Source: Octopus sinensis
Taxonomy: Eukaryota
Direction of reading: 5' to 3'
Assembly (NCBI RefSeq): GCF_006345805.1
Contig: NC_043000.1
Span: 35,464,001-35,528,000 of the forward strand
DNA: 64,000 nt
Part shown: in pieces, positions 1 to 14,269 of the stretch
How the letters are laid out: every line of letters begins with the position of its first letter
Position numbering within the stretch: the stretch's first letter is position 1
Position numbers and translations under genes: made by a program
The notes under the pieces: model-generated
Seen by the model: the letters and a program-made list of their open reading frames with translations, nothing else
The model's database searches: none
What the model was told of the DNA's origin: nothing

Positions 1-42
1 CGTCGCTGATTGTCCGACAGAAGCTAGCAAACTACCAAATCA

Positions 43-112
<70 letters not shown>

Positions 113-280
113 ATATGAGGAAATATTATTCCAAACTTACAGGGAAAAATTCAATTTGGAAATACTAAATCAAATTTCACAAAATATAATATATATATAT
201 ATATAAATTTTTAAAAAATCCCACCTTTTATCAATTCAATAATGAAAAATTAAATATACGATTTAGAAAAATTACATATT

Positions 281-357
281 GGACAAGTGTCTTCTACAAT
301 ATCCTCACGCCGACTAAAGCGACTGAGTTGATTTAGTAGGCGGAAACCGAAAGAAGC

Positions 358-409
<52 letters not shown>

Positions 410-543
410 TGTTTTTGTGTGTCTGTGTTTGTCCCCCTCCTTCGCTTGACAACCGAAGCTGGTGTGTTTACATCCTCATAACTTAGCGGTTCTCCAACAT
501 GGCCGCAGTCAAATGACTGAAACAAAAGAATAAAAGAATAAAA
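281..543 (+). mobile_element. SINE family A, 5'-truncated
   Basis: Matches full copies elsewhere (gaaaccgaaagaagccc, gcttgacaaccga, catggccgcagtcaaatgactgaaac, aaagaata tail). Confidence 0.8.
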
Positions 544-564
544 AATACGCACATATATATATAT

Positions 565-686
565 GCGACAGGCTTCTTTCAGTTTCCATCAACGAAATCC
601 ACTCACAAGGCTTTGGTCGGCCCGAGGCTATAGTAGAAGACACTTGTCCAAGGTGCCACGGAGTGGGACTGAACCCGGAACTGAAC
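565..686 (-). mobile_element. SINE family A, 5' half
   Basis: Reverse complement of ccgggttcagtcccact...ccttggacaagtgtcttctactatagcctcgggccgacc. Confidence 0.8.
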
Positions 687-705
687 TATATATGTATATA
701 TATAG

Positions 706-750
706 ACGCAGGCGTGGCTGTGTGGTAAGAAGCTTGCTTCCCAACCGCAT

Positions 751-784
<34 letters not shown>

Positions 785-1017
785 TGTATGTATGTATGTA
801 TGTATGTACATGTATGTATACATGTATGTATACATGTATGTTTGTCCCCTATTACCAGTGTTGATGTGTTTGCGTTCCTGTAAATTAGCGGTTCGGCAAA
901 AGAGACCAATAGAATAAGCACCAGGGTTACAGAGAATAAGTCCTGAAGTCGATTTGTTCGACTATAGGCTCTGTTCCAGCATGGCCGCAGTCAAATGACT
1001 GAAACAAGTAAAAGATT
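706..1017 (+). mobile_element. SINE family A with internal (TATG)n
   Basis: Head gcaggcgtggctgtgtggtaagaagcttgc and 3' half ending gcagtcaaatgactgaaacaagtaaaag. Confidence 0.8.
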
Positions 1018-1048
1018 AATAGTTACGAATATACACACACACACACAT

Positions 1049-1093
<45 letters not shown>

Positions 1094-1377
1094 ATATATA
1101 TATATATATATGACATGTTGATCCTGTCATTTCTTACCACACACGAACTTCTACACTGGACTTTCTATCTACCCTTTACGGATTCTCCTTTGGACATTTA
1201 CCCTCCGGCTGCACCTCTCCTACCTACGGATCACCGTGGACTCTACTCTTGATGAGAAATCCTATATATATATATATATATACACACACATTTGCGTGGT
1301 GTATATATTTATATATGTGTATACACAAACACCACACACATATATGGGTATGTATGCATGCATACATACATGTATAT

Positions 1378-1447
<70 letters not shown>

Positions 1448-1533
1448 TATACACACACACACATTTGTGTGGTGTATATATTTATATATGTATATACACA
1501 CAAACACACATATATGGGTATGTATGCATGCAT

Positions 1534-1567
<34 letters not shown>

Positions 1568-2179
1568 AGTGTGTGTGTGTGTGTGTGTATGTGTGTGTGC
1601 GTGCGTGTGTGTGCGTACACACACGCACACACACACGCACACACACACGCACACACACACTCACACACACACACACACCTACTTACACCTAAAACATACT
1701 TGCAGATTCCTATAAAAGTCGCTTCCCATTTTTTTCTCTCACAATCCCATTCTGGCTCTTTTCTTACTGATCAATTCGCCCCAATATGTTAGTTGCATTA
1801 TTTCATCGATTCCTGCAATGTCTTTTCTTTATTGATCTTTCTTTTTTTTTTCTTCTTCTTCTTTCTGCTTTTTTTTCTTCTCTTCTTTCTTCTTTTCCTT
1901 TCTTTTCTTCTTCTTCTTCTCCCCTCCACGCCTTCTTCCCCTCTTTCTCTGCTCTCTTTATTATGTTCTGCTTTTCCTTTACGCTTTATCTCTCTACACA
2001 CTTGTATTTACGTAAATAAGTACACACACACACACACCACACACAACAAACATATATATACATACGTACATACATATAATCTATGTCTATCTATCTATCT
2101 ATCTATCTTTATCAATATATCTATGTATCTACCTGTATCTATCTATCTACTTATCTTTATCTGTCTACCTATCTATATC

Positions 2180-2184
2180 TATCC

Positions 2185-2265
<81 letters not shown>

Positions 2266-2329
2266 CTTATCTATCTATCTATCTATCTACTTATCTATCT
2301 ATCTCTCTGTGTGTTTGTGTATCTTTCTG

Positions 2330-2412
<83 letters not shown>
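2180..2412 (+). repeat. (CTAT)n microsatellite
   Basis: Directly visible; similar arrays at 10600-10712, 20380-20445 and 49575-49650. Confidence 0.96.
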
Positions 2413-2861
2413 GTATCTCTCTCTCTCTCTTTCTCTCTCTATATCTATCTAAGTATTCATGTGTGTATAGATAGATAGATAGATAGATACATGTGCGTGT
2501 ATATACATGTGCCTATGTATGTATGTATGTATGTATGTATGTATGTATGTATGTATGTTTTTTCAGTACGTATATTATGTCTATATGTATATGTATATAT
2601 GTATATATGTATATGCAACCACTAAACTGCGTGAAGCAGGATAAGAGTTATGGAAGTGGATATTTACTGGCAAAGAAGAGAAAGTAGAAACAACTGTTCG
2701 ATAGAATAACAGAATAGAAGAATAACAGAATGGTAAATGTAGGAATGGGGACGGGAAAGAAGGAATTAATAGGGGAAGTTCTTCAGTTTTTGAGAAAACA
2801 TTCCAGTGTCCATATTGTTCATAACAGCAGGTGGGAGGGCATTTAATATAGCAGAACTGTT

Positions 2862-2907
<46 letters not shown>

Positions 2908-3010
2908 TGTGTGTGTGTTTATGTGTCGTGGGTATATAGTTGTGCGTGCTTGTTCATGTGTATATAATGTGTATATAATTGTGTTTACAGTTGTGTGTGC
3001 GTGTTACTGA

Positions 3011-3092
<82 letters not shown>

Positions 3093-4237
3093 TCCAACAG
3101 CAGGCCATATGGAATGACCAACGCAAAGTGACTGCAGCCATTTCATTCAGCTTCTTCAGAAGAAGGAACATCACAAGCCTTGTGTATCACAGCTATGGCG
3201 GGACAGTGCCCATCTCAGTAAACGCCAGTTCAATTCTTAGACAGCGTTACCCACATTTCCAAACATTTTCCGACCGTGACCACCACGATAATAAGGACAA
3301 CAAATATCACCATCACAGTCACCATCACATCATCGCCGACAGCGTGGTCGCCGCCGTCATCACTATCGTCATCATCATCATCATCGTCATCATCATCATC
3401 ATCATCATCATCATCAGTAGCAGCAACAACAAACAGCAGAGCAATCGCTTCTGAAACCACATCAACGGTAACGCGCGCACCCGCGCACCCGCGCTCACAC
3501 ACACACACACACACACACACAAACTCTCACACACACACACGTACACACACATACATACGCATACATTATACACACGCACACATAAATACATACGAATATA
3601 CACTCTCTCATAGAGAAATAAGATGTAAACAAAACGAATGTTAACAAAACAAAAACAAATGCAAAATATGAAATAATACCACCACCACCATAACCACCAC
3701 GGTACACTCAGCCACAACGTTCACCACCACCACCACCACCACGACAGCCTTTACAAACACCATTACTACTCTATCAATATTACCACCACCACCACCACCA
3801 CTATCAGGATTATCACTGCCATCATTATCAGGAACAATAGCAACAACAACAGCAATTAGTGTGCATATGTGCATGTGTGTGCGCGTGTGTGCGTGTGTGT
3901 GCCTACTCAGAGATAATTTAATTTCTCTTTATAGAGGGGGGAGGTGAAATCGCATATCAGGTTTTGCACGTTGAAGAATTTACATAACACTCACACACAG
4001 ACACACAGACACACACACACACACACACACACACCACACACACACACACACAAGAAACGAATGTATGTATAAAACATAGTGACTTAGCGATTAATATATT
4101 GATACAAACATACACACACACACATATATACATAGTAATTGATAATATATATACATATATATTATAATTATTGATATATATATATATATAATTATTTATA
4201 TATATAGTGTATGAAAACATAGTGTATAAAAGCGATA

Positions 4238-4269
<32 letters not shown>

Positions 4270-5199
4270 ATATCTATATATATTATATAATTATTGATAT
4301 ATATATATATAATTATTTATATATATAGTGTATGAAAACATAGTGTATAAAAGCGATAATATATATATATATATATATATTATTATTTATTTATATATAT
4401 ATTATATATAGTGATACACATGCGCGCGTGCACACGCACAGAAGAGAGAGAGAGAGAGACTGAGAGAGAGAGAGAGAGAGCGAGAGCGAAAGAGAGAGAA
4501 AGAGACAGAGATGTGGAGAAAAAAATGACAGATATACAAACGTATATACATAGAATTTAGAAATTTTTTTAATTAAAGTTTATGAAATTACAGAAATGTC
4601 GTCGTCGCTGTCGTGATCATCATTATCATGGCGTATATCAGTAATTCCTACGTGTCCCTTTAGCATAAACAATGTGACAGGAACAGTAAGTTTTGTTTCA
4701 CACATTTCGCATTAGTTGTGAGTTATATGGGCTGAGCAACAACAATAACAACAGCAAATAGCAGCAGTTGTATTACAAACAATAATACAACTAGTTAGCA
4801 ACAACAACATTTAACAAGAATAACAACAAAACTACAAACTGCACTAACGTCAACAGTATCGACAACAACAACAATTACAATTATTAAACGGCAATAGTTG
4901 TTAAGACATAACCACCGAATGTTAATTCATGTGTATAAACGAGTTATGTAAAGAATTAGAGAAAGAGAAAGAGAAAGTCAGATTTGTATGAGTTAGGGTA
5001 GATGTGTAATTAGTTGTGATTGATAAATTATTAATTATCAATTACATGGATGTGTGGATAGGTAGACGGGTGATAGTAATGAGGAGAGATGATGAAGAGA
5101 GAATCATCTTTGAAAGTTTGTATTTCGTTCCCCGGATCCCAGTAATAATTAATGTTTTTCACTTGGTCCCAGTCTCTCCCCGATCCCCTCCCTATCTCA

Positions 5200-5700
5200 A
5201 ATGATGTTTCACCTAATCCCTTAACCACGTGCACCTCCCCTTCTCTTTATTTTTCGTCTCCCTTTCAGCCTCTTTTCTCTCCTTTCTCTTCTTCATCGTT
5301 CTCGGGGCCGTAGTCTCCGCCTGGTCTCTGGGACCCGACACAGCACGTCTCATCTTTACGAGGAACCATCCTACCCCGCCTCTCCCACGCACCCCCACTG
5401 CCACGACCGCCGCCACCACCACCCCCATAGCATTGGCAACGGTAATCCTGACTCGCAGAATTGTCGTCAACGCCAGCATCAACAGACGGTGAGTGGTGGG
5501 AGGAGATCGACGACGAGGAGCAGGAGGAGGAGGAGGAGGAGGAAGTGTAACTGGAGGAGGAACTGGCAGAGCTGAAGAGTGAGTGGGAGTCAGACGACAG
5601 AAGCAGTCGTGTTAGGGGCACAGCTCGAGTGATACCGTTCCAAGCGAGACCAACACAAGCGACAGATTCACCAAGGTAAAAAGAAAACAAACAAAAAGAG
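5200..5700 (+). promoter_or_regulatory. CpG/GC-rich unique segment; candidate promoter and 5'UTR exon(s) of the SLC6 gene
   Basis: Locally CpG-rich non-repeat DNA about 2 kb upstream of the coding exon, with CACGTG at 5226-5231. Donor-like sites are ACG|gtgagt (intron from 5489) and AAG|gtaaaa (from 5676). No transcript evidence. Confidence 0.35.
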
Positions 5701-7691
5701 ACAAACAAACAGGTGCACATATACTGCACACTTCTATATACACCTAGACACACATAGACATATGAATATATACTTATTTCTATGTACACATATACATACA
5801 TGAACAATTACCGATCACAACTATAACAGTAACAACAACAACAAAAAAAAAACAACAGCAACAATAACAACGCCATCCTTCTCCTCCTCCTCTTCCTCAC
5901 CACCACCACCATTAAGTACATTCATAACAAACCTTCCAGCTTCGGCATAGCGAAACCACCACAGCCGACATCATCGATACCCCCGCATTCCCCCCACCTG
6001 CTGGCAGCACTCACAGCGCCACCTTACTTACACTGTCGACATTAAAATCACCTGCTAACGATTCTATCATCACCCACCATCGCCACCATCATCACTGATA
6101 ACCGGCACCAACACAAGCGACAAAGAGATGCGATAGCGGTTCCAAAAGAACTTCGAACAACAACAACAACAACACCCGCAGCAGTAGCACCGACGCCACC
6201 ACCACCACCACCAACAACAACAACAGCATCGTCATCATCATCATCATCAGCAGCAGCAGCACAGTTATCCCCTACTCCGGCAAAAATAAAACAAAAGAAA
6301 AACGAGAAGAAGAACGAAGGCGAACTCTAAGCATTAAGAACATCGGTAACGGAACACACGGCTTGGGTTTCTGCCAGGTACCACCAGGTGTTCAGCAGAG
6401 CCATGGTGACTTGTAGCGGCGGCACAGGTAGCAACTTGGAGTAAGAAAAGAGGCAGAAAAGAAAAAAAAAAAAAAAAAGGTGAAACTGACAGAAAAAAAA
6501 GAGAACAAAAGATCGATTAGTCATTGCTACCACATGTAACCCGGGTGTATTACGTTGTTGCTCCCCTGTGACTCTGTGGCGTTGATCCATTGATAGATTC
6601 TCTCTGTGTGTCTGTGTGTCTCTCTCTCAGTTTGTTCCGTCGCACTATAATGCTTGTCACATTGTCACAGTTAAAAAGGACATTATGACAATCGCCGCGA
6701 CCACCACCAACAACACAGCAACCGACATTATCATAGACCAACAAACATAAAAAAAAATAAAACAGAAATATAAAAAAAAACTGACTGAGAAGAGAGGGGA
6801 AAAAGAACCAAAACTTGGGGTTCGTCTTAAGCAAATATTTCCATAAGCTTTCTCTCCTCTTGTTTCAACTACCGCCAACATCAGCATCACCACCACCACC
6901 ACCAGCGTCACCCTATCACATCTCGGTCTGCAATACCAGCTGTTATATAACCATCTTCCTCCGCGTCATCAATATCACCATCAGCACCAGAACTAGCTCT
7001 CTAGCACCGCCGCCGCTGCTACCTCTATTATTACTACCGTTCCCATCACTACCACTACCATTATATCATCGTCGTCTTCAACATCATCATCATCGTCATA
7101 ATCTTCGTCATCAATATCCCTTGTCTCCCACTCCATCAAAAGCCTCTCCATCAAGAGTCAGGACAAAAGAAAAGGGGAAAAAGAAAATAGAACGAAAATC
7201 CAGGAAAAGCAAATAAAACAAAATAAGCAACAATACGAAGAAGAAGAAGAATCAGAGCCAACGCAATAAAACTGAGCAAATACGTTTAGAGGAACGTCTG
7301 GACGAACATTTAGCATTAAAAAGGTTTAGCATAAAAAGTGACATCAACAACAACAACATTAGAAAATAACATCAAAAAATTTGATGAAGATTATGAATTC
7401 TTTAAGTGAGCTCCCTGACCAAAAATTATTTTTTTAAAACCAGGTATTTTTGTTGGCGGATTGAAGAGGTATCACCACCACCACCACCACCACTACAACT
7501 ATTGGTACCATCACAACTACAACGACGACGACGACAACAACAACAACAAGAACAATAGCACGGCAGGAAACAGCAGCAACAGCAGCAGCAGTAGCAGCAG
7601 TAGTAGAAGCAGCAGCAACGACTGGAGTAAAGCACTCTTTACGGCAGTGTTTGTAGGTAGTGTTCTGCTTTAAGGACCACCCACAGTGACA

Positions 7692-7935
7692 ATGAGCAAA
7701 GACGAAGCTATAGAGATGAAACCCGCTTACTTGGGTCCTGTGTATACAAATGGGTCCCAAGTACAGCTGGACGGTACTTCAAGATCGGCCGATATGAAAA
7801 CGGACAAGGCCAAAAAGGTCTACGTCCGTGACCAGTGGGATGGCAAAATCAACTTTGTTCTTTCCTGTGTCGGTTATTGCATTGGACTAGGAAATGTCTG
7901 GCGGTTCCCCTATTTATGTTATAAAAACGGAGGAG
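7692..7935 (+). CDS. First coding exon of an SLC6 sodium/chloride-dependent neurotransmitter transporter (GABA/taurine/creatine-transporter group); partial CDS
   Basis: ATG at 7692 in ACAATGA context. It translates to [10 protein letters not shown]...[36 protein letters not shown](G), the SLC6 TM1 signature (R..W...[23 protein letters not shown]). It ends at a strong donor GGAG|gtgagt (intron starts 7936), a phase-1 position inside the third Gly typical of SLC6 genes. Orthology cannot be resolved from 81 aa. Confidence 0.93.
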
Positions 7936-8111
7936 GTGAGTACAACTAACTTTCTTGACTTTCTCTTTTATTTTTTTAAAAAGAAACAACAGCAATGTGT
8001 GACCAATTCAAAAATCTACTTTACATCGGCAAAAAACTTTTCACTTAAAAACTAATATCATAATATTTTTGTATTTCTTTTAACAATCCTTTGCTATTAT
8101 CTTTGCTATAT

Positions 8112-8320
8112 GGGTTCAAATTCCGCCGAGGTCGACTTTGCCTTTCATCCTTTCGAGGTTGAAGAAATAAGTACTAGTTAGGCACTGGGGTCGATGTAAG
8201 TTTTCTACTCTAGGCACAAGGCCTCAAAAGTTTTCTACTCTAGGCACAAGGCCTTGAAAACTTTTGAGGAAGTGGGGGTTAGTCGATTATATCGACCCCA
8301 GTGCATTAACTGGTACTTAT
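8112..8320. mobile_element. SINE family B fragments (plus-strand core joined to a minus-strand tail with a duplicated ~30 bp)
   Basis: ggttcaaattccgccgaggtcgactttgcctttcatcc, then ttttctactctaggcacaaggcc twice. Confidence 0.75.
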
Positions 8321-8697
8321 CGTTATTATTTGGTTTGGCTCAGGTTCGGTCTTATTCCTGGTAGAATTTATGTGGGAAGAGGATTTCTACCTGTAAGCTT
8401 AGGTATCCATAAGTTTTCAATAGTTTTTCAAGTGCTTAGAACCCTCCTGATAATCCTTGCTGTCCCTAAGAGACAAACTTTCTGTAGGAGTTCTACTGGA
8501 CATTCTATTCCAATTTCCTTCAGCCATTTGTCTATCTTTGCTAACTGTTCCCAACGCACCACAATTATTATAGACACGACCTTTACAGTTCTCATGCTCC
8601 AAATTCTTCCTATTTCAAATTTTAAGAGATTGTACTTTTTCAGTTTTTTGTCCCCTTTCTTTACAACCCTGAAATCAAACAGACACTATTATTATTA

Positions 8698-8734
<37 letters not shown>

Positions 8735-10599
8735 CGTTGTTGTTCTTGTTGTTGTTGTTGTTATGATATATGTTTGCATATTTCACTTCTCAGTGCTCTC
8801 GATTTCACTTGCTCCTGCTAATATTGTAAGACAACAAACCACAGGGTCTCACAGGGCCTTCTTACTCGATACTTAACATCCAGGTACCAATCTCAAAATC
8901 TTCGCTGTCGGTCTTGCTTGCTTTGGTCGATTCTGTGAGAGTGGACAACAACCTGTTGTCTGAAATCTCATAGGGTCCCTTTCCGCAAATTACAAGGTTT
9001 GGTACTTGCATGTTAGCTTATCGTGGAAGACACTCAACAGCCAAGCACCAGTCTCAAAATCCAAGCTGTCCCCAACAGAGCAGTTTTTATTATTAGTATT
9101 AGCAATCTCAGGACCCTCGGGTCTAGTCTTCATGCCTGTACCTCATCGTTATCACTAATTTCTATTGCTATTCCCTCTAGTTGTAGCGGTCCCCGGGATG
9201 AACAAAGTCATTAGGAATGAGAAGTGTCAGCCGTCTTAAATAACCGCGTCCTGGACACAGAAAGTTGAGCTATCAAATTGGTTGTTTGTTCATAAAGTAC
9301 CTAGTCTTGAGGGATATCAGTTGTACAGGGGTGAAATAGTTCAGTAGTTTAAATATGAATCTGCAGTTCCAGAGGTTATGAGTTCGTTGCAGATTTGTCT
9401 TCTTTCAAGTAAGGATGCTTAGACCTTGCTGTGGGGAAAATATACCAAACTTTTCCTGTCGAGGAGAGATTCGTCTCTCTTCTATTTGCCAATATTCAAT
9501 ATTGAACACGGAATGCATAGAACACTTGTTATTCTCCAACAAATTAACTTCCACTGCTTGCATAAAATGACAGAAATTACCATTTGTAAAAAAACCCAGA
9601 AAGATTAATACACAAAAAAAAGAGATTAATGCACAGTAGAACATACATTTTCTTCTCGTCAGTCGTTGATAAATGTCAAGATATCTTTCCATTTACATGA
9701 AGTGTTGATATTTACTAAGAGGTCTAAAAACAGCTTCGTGCAGCTATGCTTGAATATACGACTAATTCAGATAACTTTCCTTAAACATTTTGTCTGTGTG
9801 TCAGAGCGTTCGAAGACACACACCTTGCTGTCGTAGACGTTGGAGGATTTGTTGAGAGTGAAACGAGTTTCGAAAACTATTCAGGTGTTGTGTTTAGTTA
9901 GGCAAATATTGTTGTTATCGGATACCCATTGGTCTCTATTTGGGTAGTTCTATGAGTCGCTGGTAACTTTGGCCGAACGTCTGGATGTGACCCAAAGATC
10001 CAATGCAGTGTGAAGCCACTGCCTTCATCAAGTTGAGGTCTTTACACTCACACTCCAAAATATCTTGGTTTAGCGTATGGAAGCCTGGACGTATAGCATT
10101 TCTTCCATTGTATACCTGTTGTTATATGTGTGTAGATCTTGATGGGGGTCACAAAAGAAGTAAGCTAAATGAAACTCGGGTTCGTATTTTATTTTGTTGC
10201 GGTGGGGTTCTGTTAAAGTTTTTCAAAAATAGGGTATTCACTTCTTGAATAATCTTTAGTCAATAATTAACTTTGTACATGATCTGTTGAAAATGGTTAA
10301 TGATTAATGATTAACATGTTTATGTTATTCAAGGATGTGAAGTATTTCAGTTTGTATGAGATTAACATTACTGTTCCCACTGCCGTTCGATTCCTTTCAC
10401 TTACCCGATGCTCATCCAACCACCTCCCATCTATTGACTATCTTCTCACTCAAGAAATGAAAACTTTTGTGACGTCTTAATAGTTCCCATATGGTATTGA
10501 CTTTTACTCATTCATCCAGTCATTTATATAAACACAAATGCGTACGCGCACACACAAGCAGAAACAAAGAAGGAGAGAGGGAAAGATAGACAGACAGAC

Positions 10600-10713
<114 letters not shown>

Positions 10714-11087
10714 GTATAAGTATAGTATACAAGGACTGATAGCCTCAGAAAATAAGTGAAACATAAATCAGAACTGCATACATTTGTGGAGCAACGATTT
10801 TGTTATGGATGTTGGAAAGCTCAACGCCCCAAAGTAACCGTCAGTTTTATCAGGAGTGGGCATCTTCAGGCGGTGCAATTTATTCAAGTGTATATATAAC
10901 TTATTTGTTTAAGAAGTGTGGGAGAGGTGATGAGTAAGGCTATTTGTCTCTATTTTTATTAGCTTTTATTTGGCGATAGTTGTTTAGTGTAGGTAAATTT
11001 GTGATGTATTTGCGTGAGTGAAAAGGTTGTTGAGATGTGAAAAGATAAATGTAATTTTTTGATTAGAAAACAATTATAAAGGCCGAA

Positions 11088-11472
11088 GCGCGAAGTGTGG
11101 CCGTGTGGTAAGAAGTTTGCTTCCCAACTACAGGATTCCGGGTTCAGTCTCGCTGCGTGGCATCTTAGGCTACTGTCTTTTATCATAATCTCGGACCGAC
11201 CGAAACTTTGAGTGGATTTGGTAGGCGGAAACTGAAAGATACCCGCGGTATATGCGTGTGTGTGTCTGTGTTTGTCCCATGCCCCCGCTTGACAACCGGT
11301 GTTGGTGTGTTTTCGTCTTCGTAACTTAACAGTTCGGCATAAAGAGACCGTTAGACTAAGCACCAGGTTTAAGAAGAAAAATTATAAGTTCTGGAGTCGA
11401 TTCGTTCGATTAAATTCTTCAAGACGGTGCTCCAGCATGGCCACAGTCTAATGACTGAAGCAAGCAAAGGAT
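11088..11472 (+). mobile_element. SINE family A, near full length, diverged
   Basis: tRNA-like head with A box (tggccgtgtgg) and B box (ccgggttcagtctc), followed by body and tail. Confidence 0.8.
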
Positions 11473-11770
11473 ATGAGATCAGTCACAATTGACCTGTTAG
11501 GTGTCCATTGTGTGTTTGGGTGTGGTAGAGAAACGGCTGACCCGGGGTAAATGTCGGAGGAAAGTGAGGATTATCAGCGAATGAAGTATCATATTTGTTT
11601 GGATTAGACTTAGGGGTGGTGTTAGTGGGGGGGAAATATTAATGGATGAAGACAATGGGATTGCCCTTTATTGGGGGTGGAGGTAATATGCTGTTTACTG
11701 AATCACTTTAGAGAGAGAGAGAGAGAGAGAGTGTGTGTGTGTGTGTGTGTGTGTGCGATGTTTTGTGAGG

Positions 11771-11957
11771 TGGTACGTTTGCCGTTACGTTCTGAGTTCA
11801 AATTCCGCCGAGATCGACTTTGCGTTTCATCCTTTCGGGGTCGATAAATTAAGTACCAGTTACGCACTGGGGCCGATATAATCGACTTAATCCGCTTGTC
11901 TGTCCTTGTTTGCCCTCTCTGTGTTTAGCCCCTTGTGGGTAGTAAAGAAATAGGTAT
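11771..11957 (+). mobile_element. SINE family B (tail type 1)
   Basis: B box gagttcaaattcc, core ctttgcgtttcatcctttcggggtcgataaattaagtacc, tail gtgtttagccccttgtgggtagtaaagaaa. Confidence 0.85.
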
Positions 11958-12088
11958 GTTTGCGAACCAAGCTTGTCAGCATGTGTTCTTGTATATATGT
12001 ATATCGTAAATGAACATAAAAGTTTTCAATACATTCCTGAGTGTATCATCTATATATAGAAATACTCGTGTGTAATATATATATATAA

Positions 12089-12251
12089 AGGCGCAGGAGT
12101 GGCTGTGTGGTAAGTAGCTTGTTTACCAACCACATGGTTCCGGGTTCAGTCCCACTGCGTGACACCTTGGGTAAATGTCTTCTACTATAGCCTCGGGCCG
12201 ACCAAAGCGTTGTGAATAGATTTGGTAGAGGAAACAGAAAGAAGCCCGTCG

Positions 12252-12343
<92 letters not shown>

Positions 12344-12524
12344 TTATATATATGTATATATGTGTGTGTATACATGATTGTGTGTTTATGTCCCCGTAAG
12401 ATAGCGGTTCGGCAAAAGTGACTGATAGAATAAGTACTAGGCTTACAAAGAATAAGTCCTGGAGTCGATGTGTTCGACTAAAGGCGATGCTCCAGCATGA
12501 CCGCAGTCAAATGGCATAAAAGAA
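12089..12524 (+). mobile_element. SINE family A, full length
   Basis: ggcgcaggagtggctgtgtggtaagtagc...ccgggttcagtcccactgcg...ccttggg, central (TA)n(TG)n, tail aaaagaata. Confidence 0.88.
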
Positions 12525-13098
12525 TATATATATATATATATATATATATACATGTGTGTGTGTGTGTATTTATATGTATGTGCATGTGTGTGTATATATA
12601 TGTATGTATTCTGTGTGTATTTTATGGGAATATATTAATGGCATAATTAATATAGATATTTGATCACTGGTTTAGCTCTACCCGATTGTAAATTCCTCGC
12701 GCCATTCCGAATCTGTTGAACATTACGCACAACATGATACGTCATAATAAGATGGTAGTTATTAAGCGAGAGAGGATTCATCTCTGTTTTATAGGAATTA
12801 ACATTCTGAGGACTTGGGAGAAAGGAGGTGGAATTAGTGTGTGCTTCTGATATATGGTCATGGATATTCCTAAAGATGGTCAAGGATATGAATGGCAAAT
12901 ACTGAGATCAAGCTAAATGACTATAGCCTCCATCGAGGTGTATGACAGAGTGCATTGTCCTAACTTGGTATACATCCTAATGAGTGTTAGTGTGTGTGTG
13001 TATGTGTGTGTGTGTATGTGTGTGTGTGTGTGTGTGTGTGTTTGTATGTGTGTGTGTATGTGTGTGTGTGTTTGTGTGTGTGTAAGTGCATACAGTAA

Positions 13099-13469
13099 TC
13101 TCTCTATATATAAACGGCAGTTTGTCTGTGTGTGTTTCTGTGTGTCTGTTAGCTTGTACCCTCACCCTGACCACGGCTTTCAACCAATTCTGATGAAACT
13201 TGACACACACATAGCCCAATGTCATAATTCAAAACTAACGCAGCGAAAAATTTGAAAAGTTCCCCCAGTTCTGAAAAAAATCGATAAATTCGACATGGGG
13301 TCGAGAATCAGAAACACAAACCACAGACTGTCTAGGGGACGCAACTCGACCTTTTTAACTAAAAAAAAATTTACCATAATTTTTTTTCCATTTTTTGGCT
13401 ATAACTCTCTAAAAATGCTTTATAGTTATTTCCCTTACAAACCCGAGCAACGCCGGGCGATACTGCTAG
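13099..13469 (+). mobile_element. Non-autonomous Helitron
   Basis: Starts A|TCTCTCTATATATAAA and ends with hairpin cccgagcaacgccggg plus CTAG|T. Inserted between A and T with no TSD. Confidence 0.85.
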
Positions 13470-14269
13470 TTTAATGATAAAAAGATCTTTGGGAATGGAT
13501 AGTCGGCAAGGTTCCGAATAAAAAAAAAGTCAGACGCTTTGTCTCGATAATAAAAACAATTTTATTTTGAATGCAGACAATAAGAACATTTTGTTTTCAA
13601 CCGAAAAAAAAAAGTGAAGGGCCAATCTCGTTTCAAGAGGTCAACCTATCCAAAGTCTTAATTTTTGATTGTTAATTAGAATGAACCTTAGTGTTTTGAT
13701 GGGGTGAGAATGGAGAGCGGTATTCTTGGATAATCATTATCGACAGAAAATTACAAGGTATTGAACTCCGGATTCCACTGGCTGTGAGGTTTTAATAAAC
13801 ATATCTCTTGTAATCTCATTTGGTGAGAAAGCATCGCTGAGTGACAGGTTTGTTTCAGACAGCCATTCATTGATTCGCTGCTGGTGGGAAAGACAAGGAA
13901 TTCCGTGTGCAATTCGGTTGGCACAAATACTACATGACGGTATTTGAAACCAACTTTTTAGTCGGAGTTATAGAAAAAACAAAGTAGAACTATAACACAA
14001 TCGTGTTTTCAGTACAACTCTCTTTCTCTCTCACACACAACACACACATGTGATTTTGGTTAAAAGTAATCAACGAGTACTCAATAATGCAGTAGAATGT
14101 ATTTTGAAAGCAGCTGAAGATTAGCTTCGTCGCTACTCAGAGTTTTGTCATGACGTGAGTCCTTTCAACGTCGTGTTGAAAGACGTCACGTGGCGAGAAA
14201 ACTCAGAGTGCTGAGTAAATCATTATGTGTGTGTGTGGGGGGATATATGGGTGTGTGTATGGTGGCCAA

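Noticed and set aside
7461-7673. 70-aa upstream ORF before SLC6
   Set aside because: Non-ATG start and entirely triplet-repeat derived.
8866-8900. cag-GGCCTTCTTA as SLC6 exon 2 (G-A-F-L)
   Set aside because: It is one base short of the required phase, the AFL frame stops after a few codons, and there is no PY/GxP motif.
8830-10300. Possible decayed Penelope ORF on the minus strand (RYLD-like and QxEGIA-like motifs)
   Set aside because: The motifs are in the wrong order for an RT and too short to trust; a profile search is needed.
14146-14215. Hammerhead-like hairpin (GTCCTTTCAAC/GTTGAAAGAC) near GAAAACTCAGAGT
   Set aside because: The core is unrecognisable and an insertion separates stem II from GAAA; at best a remnant.
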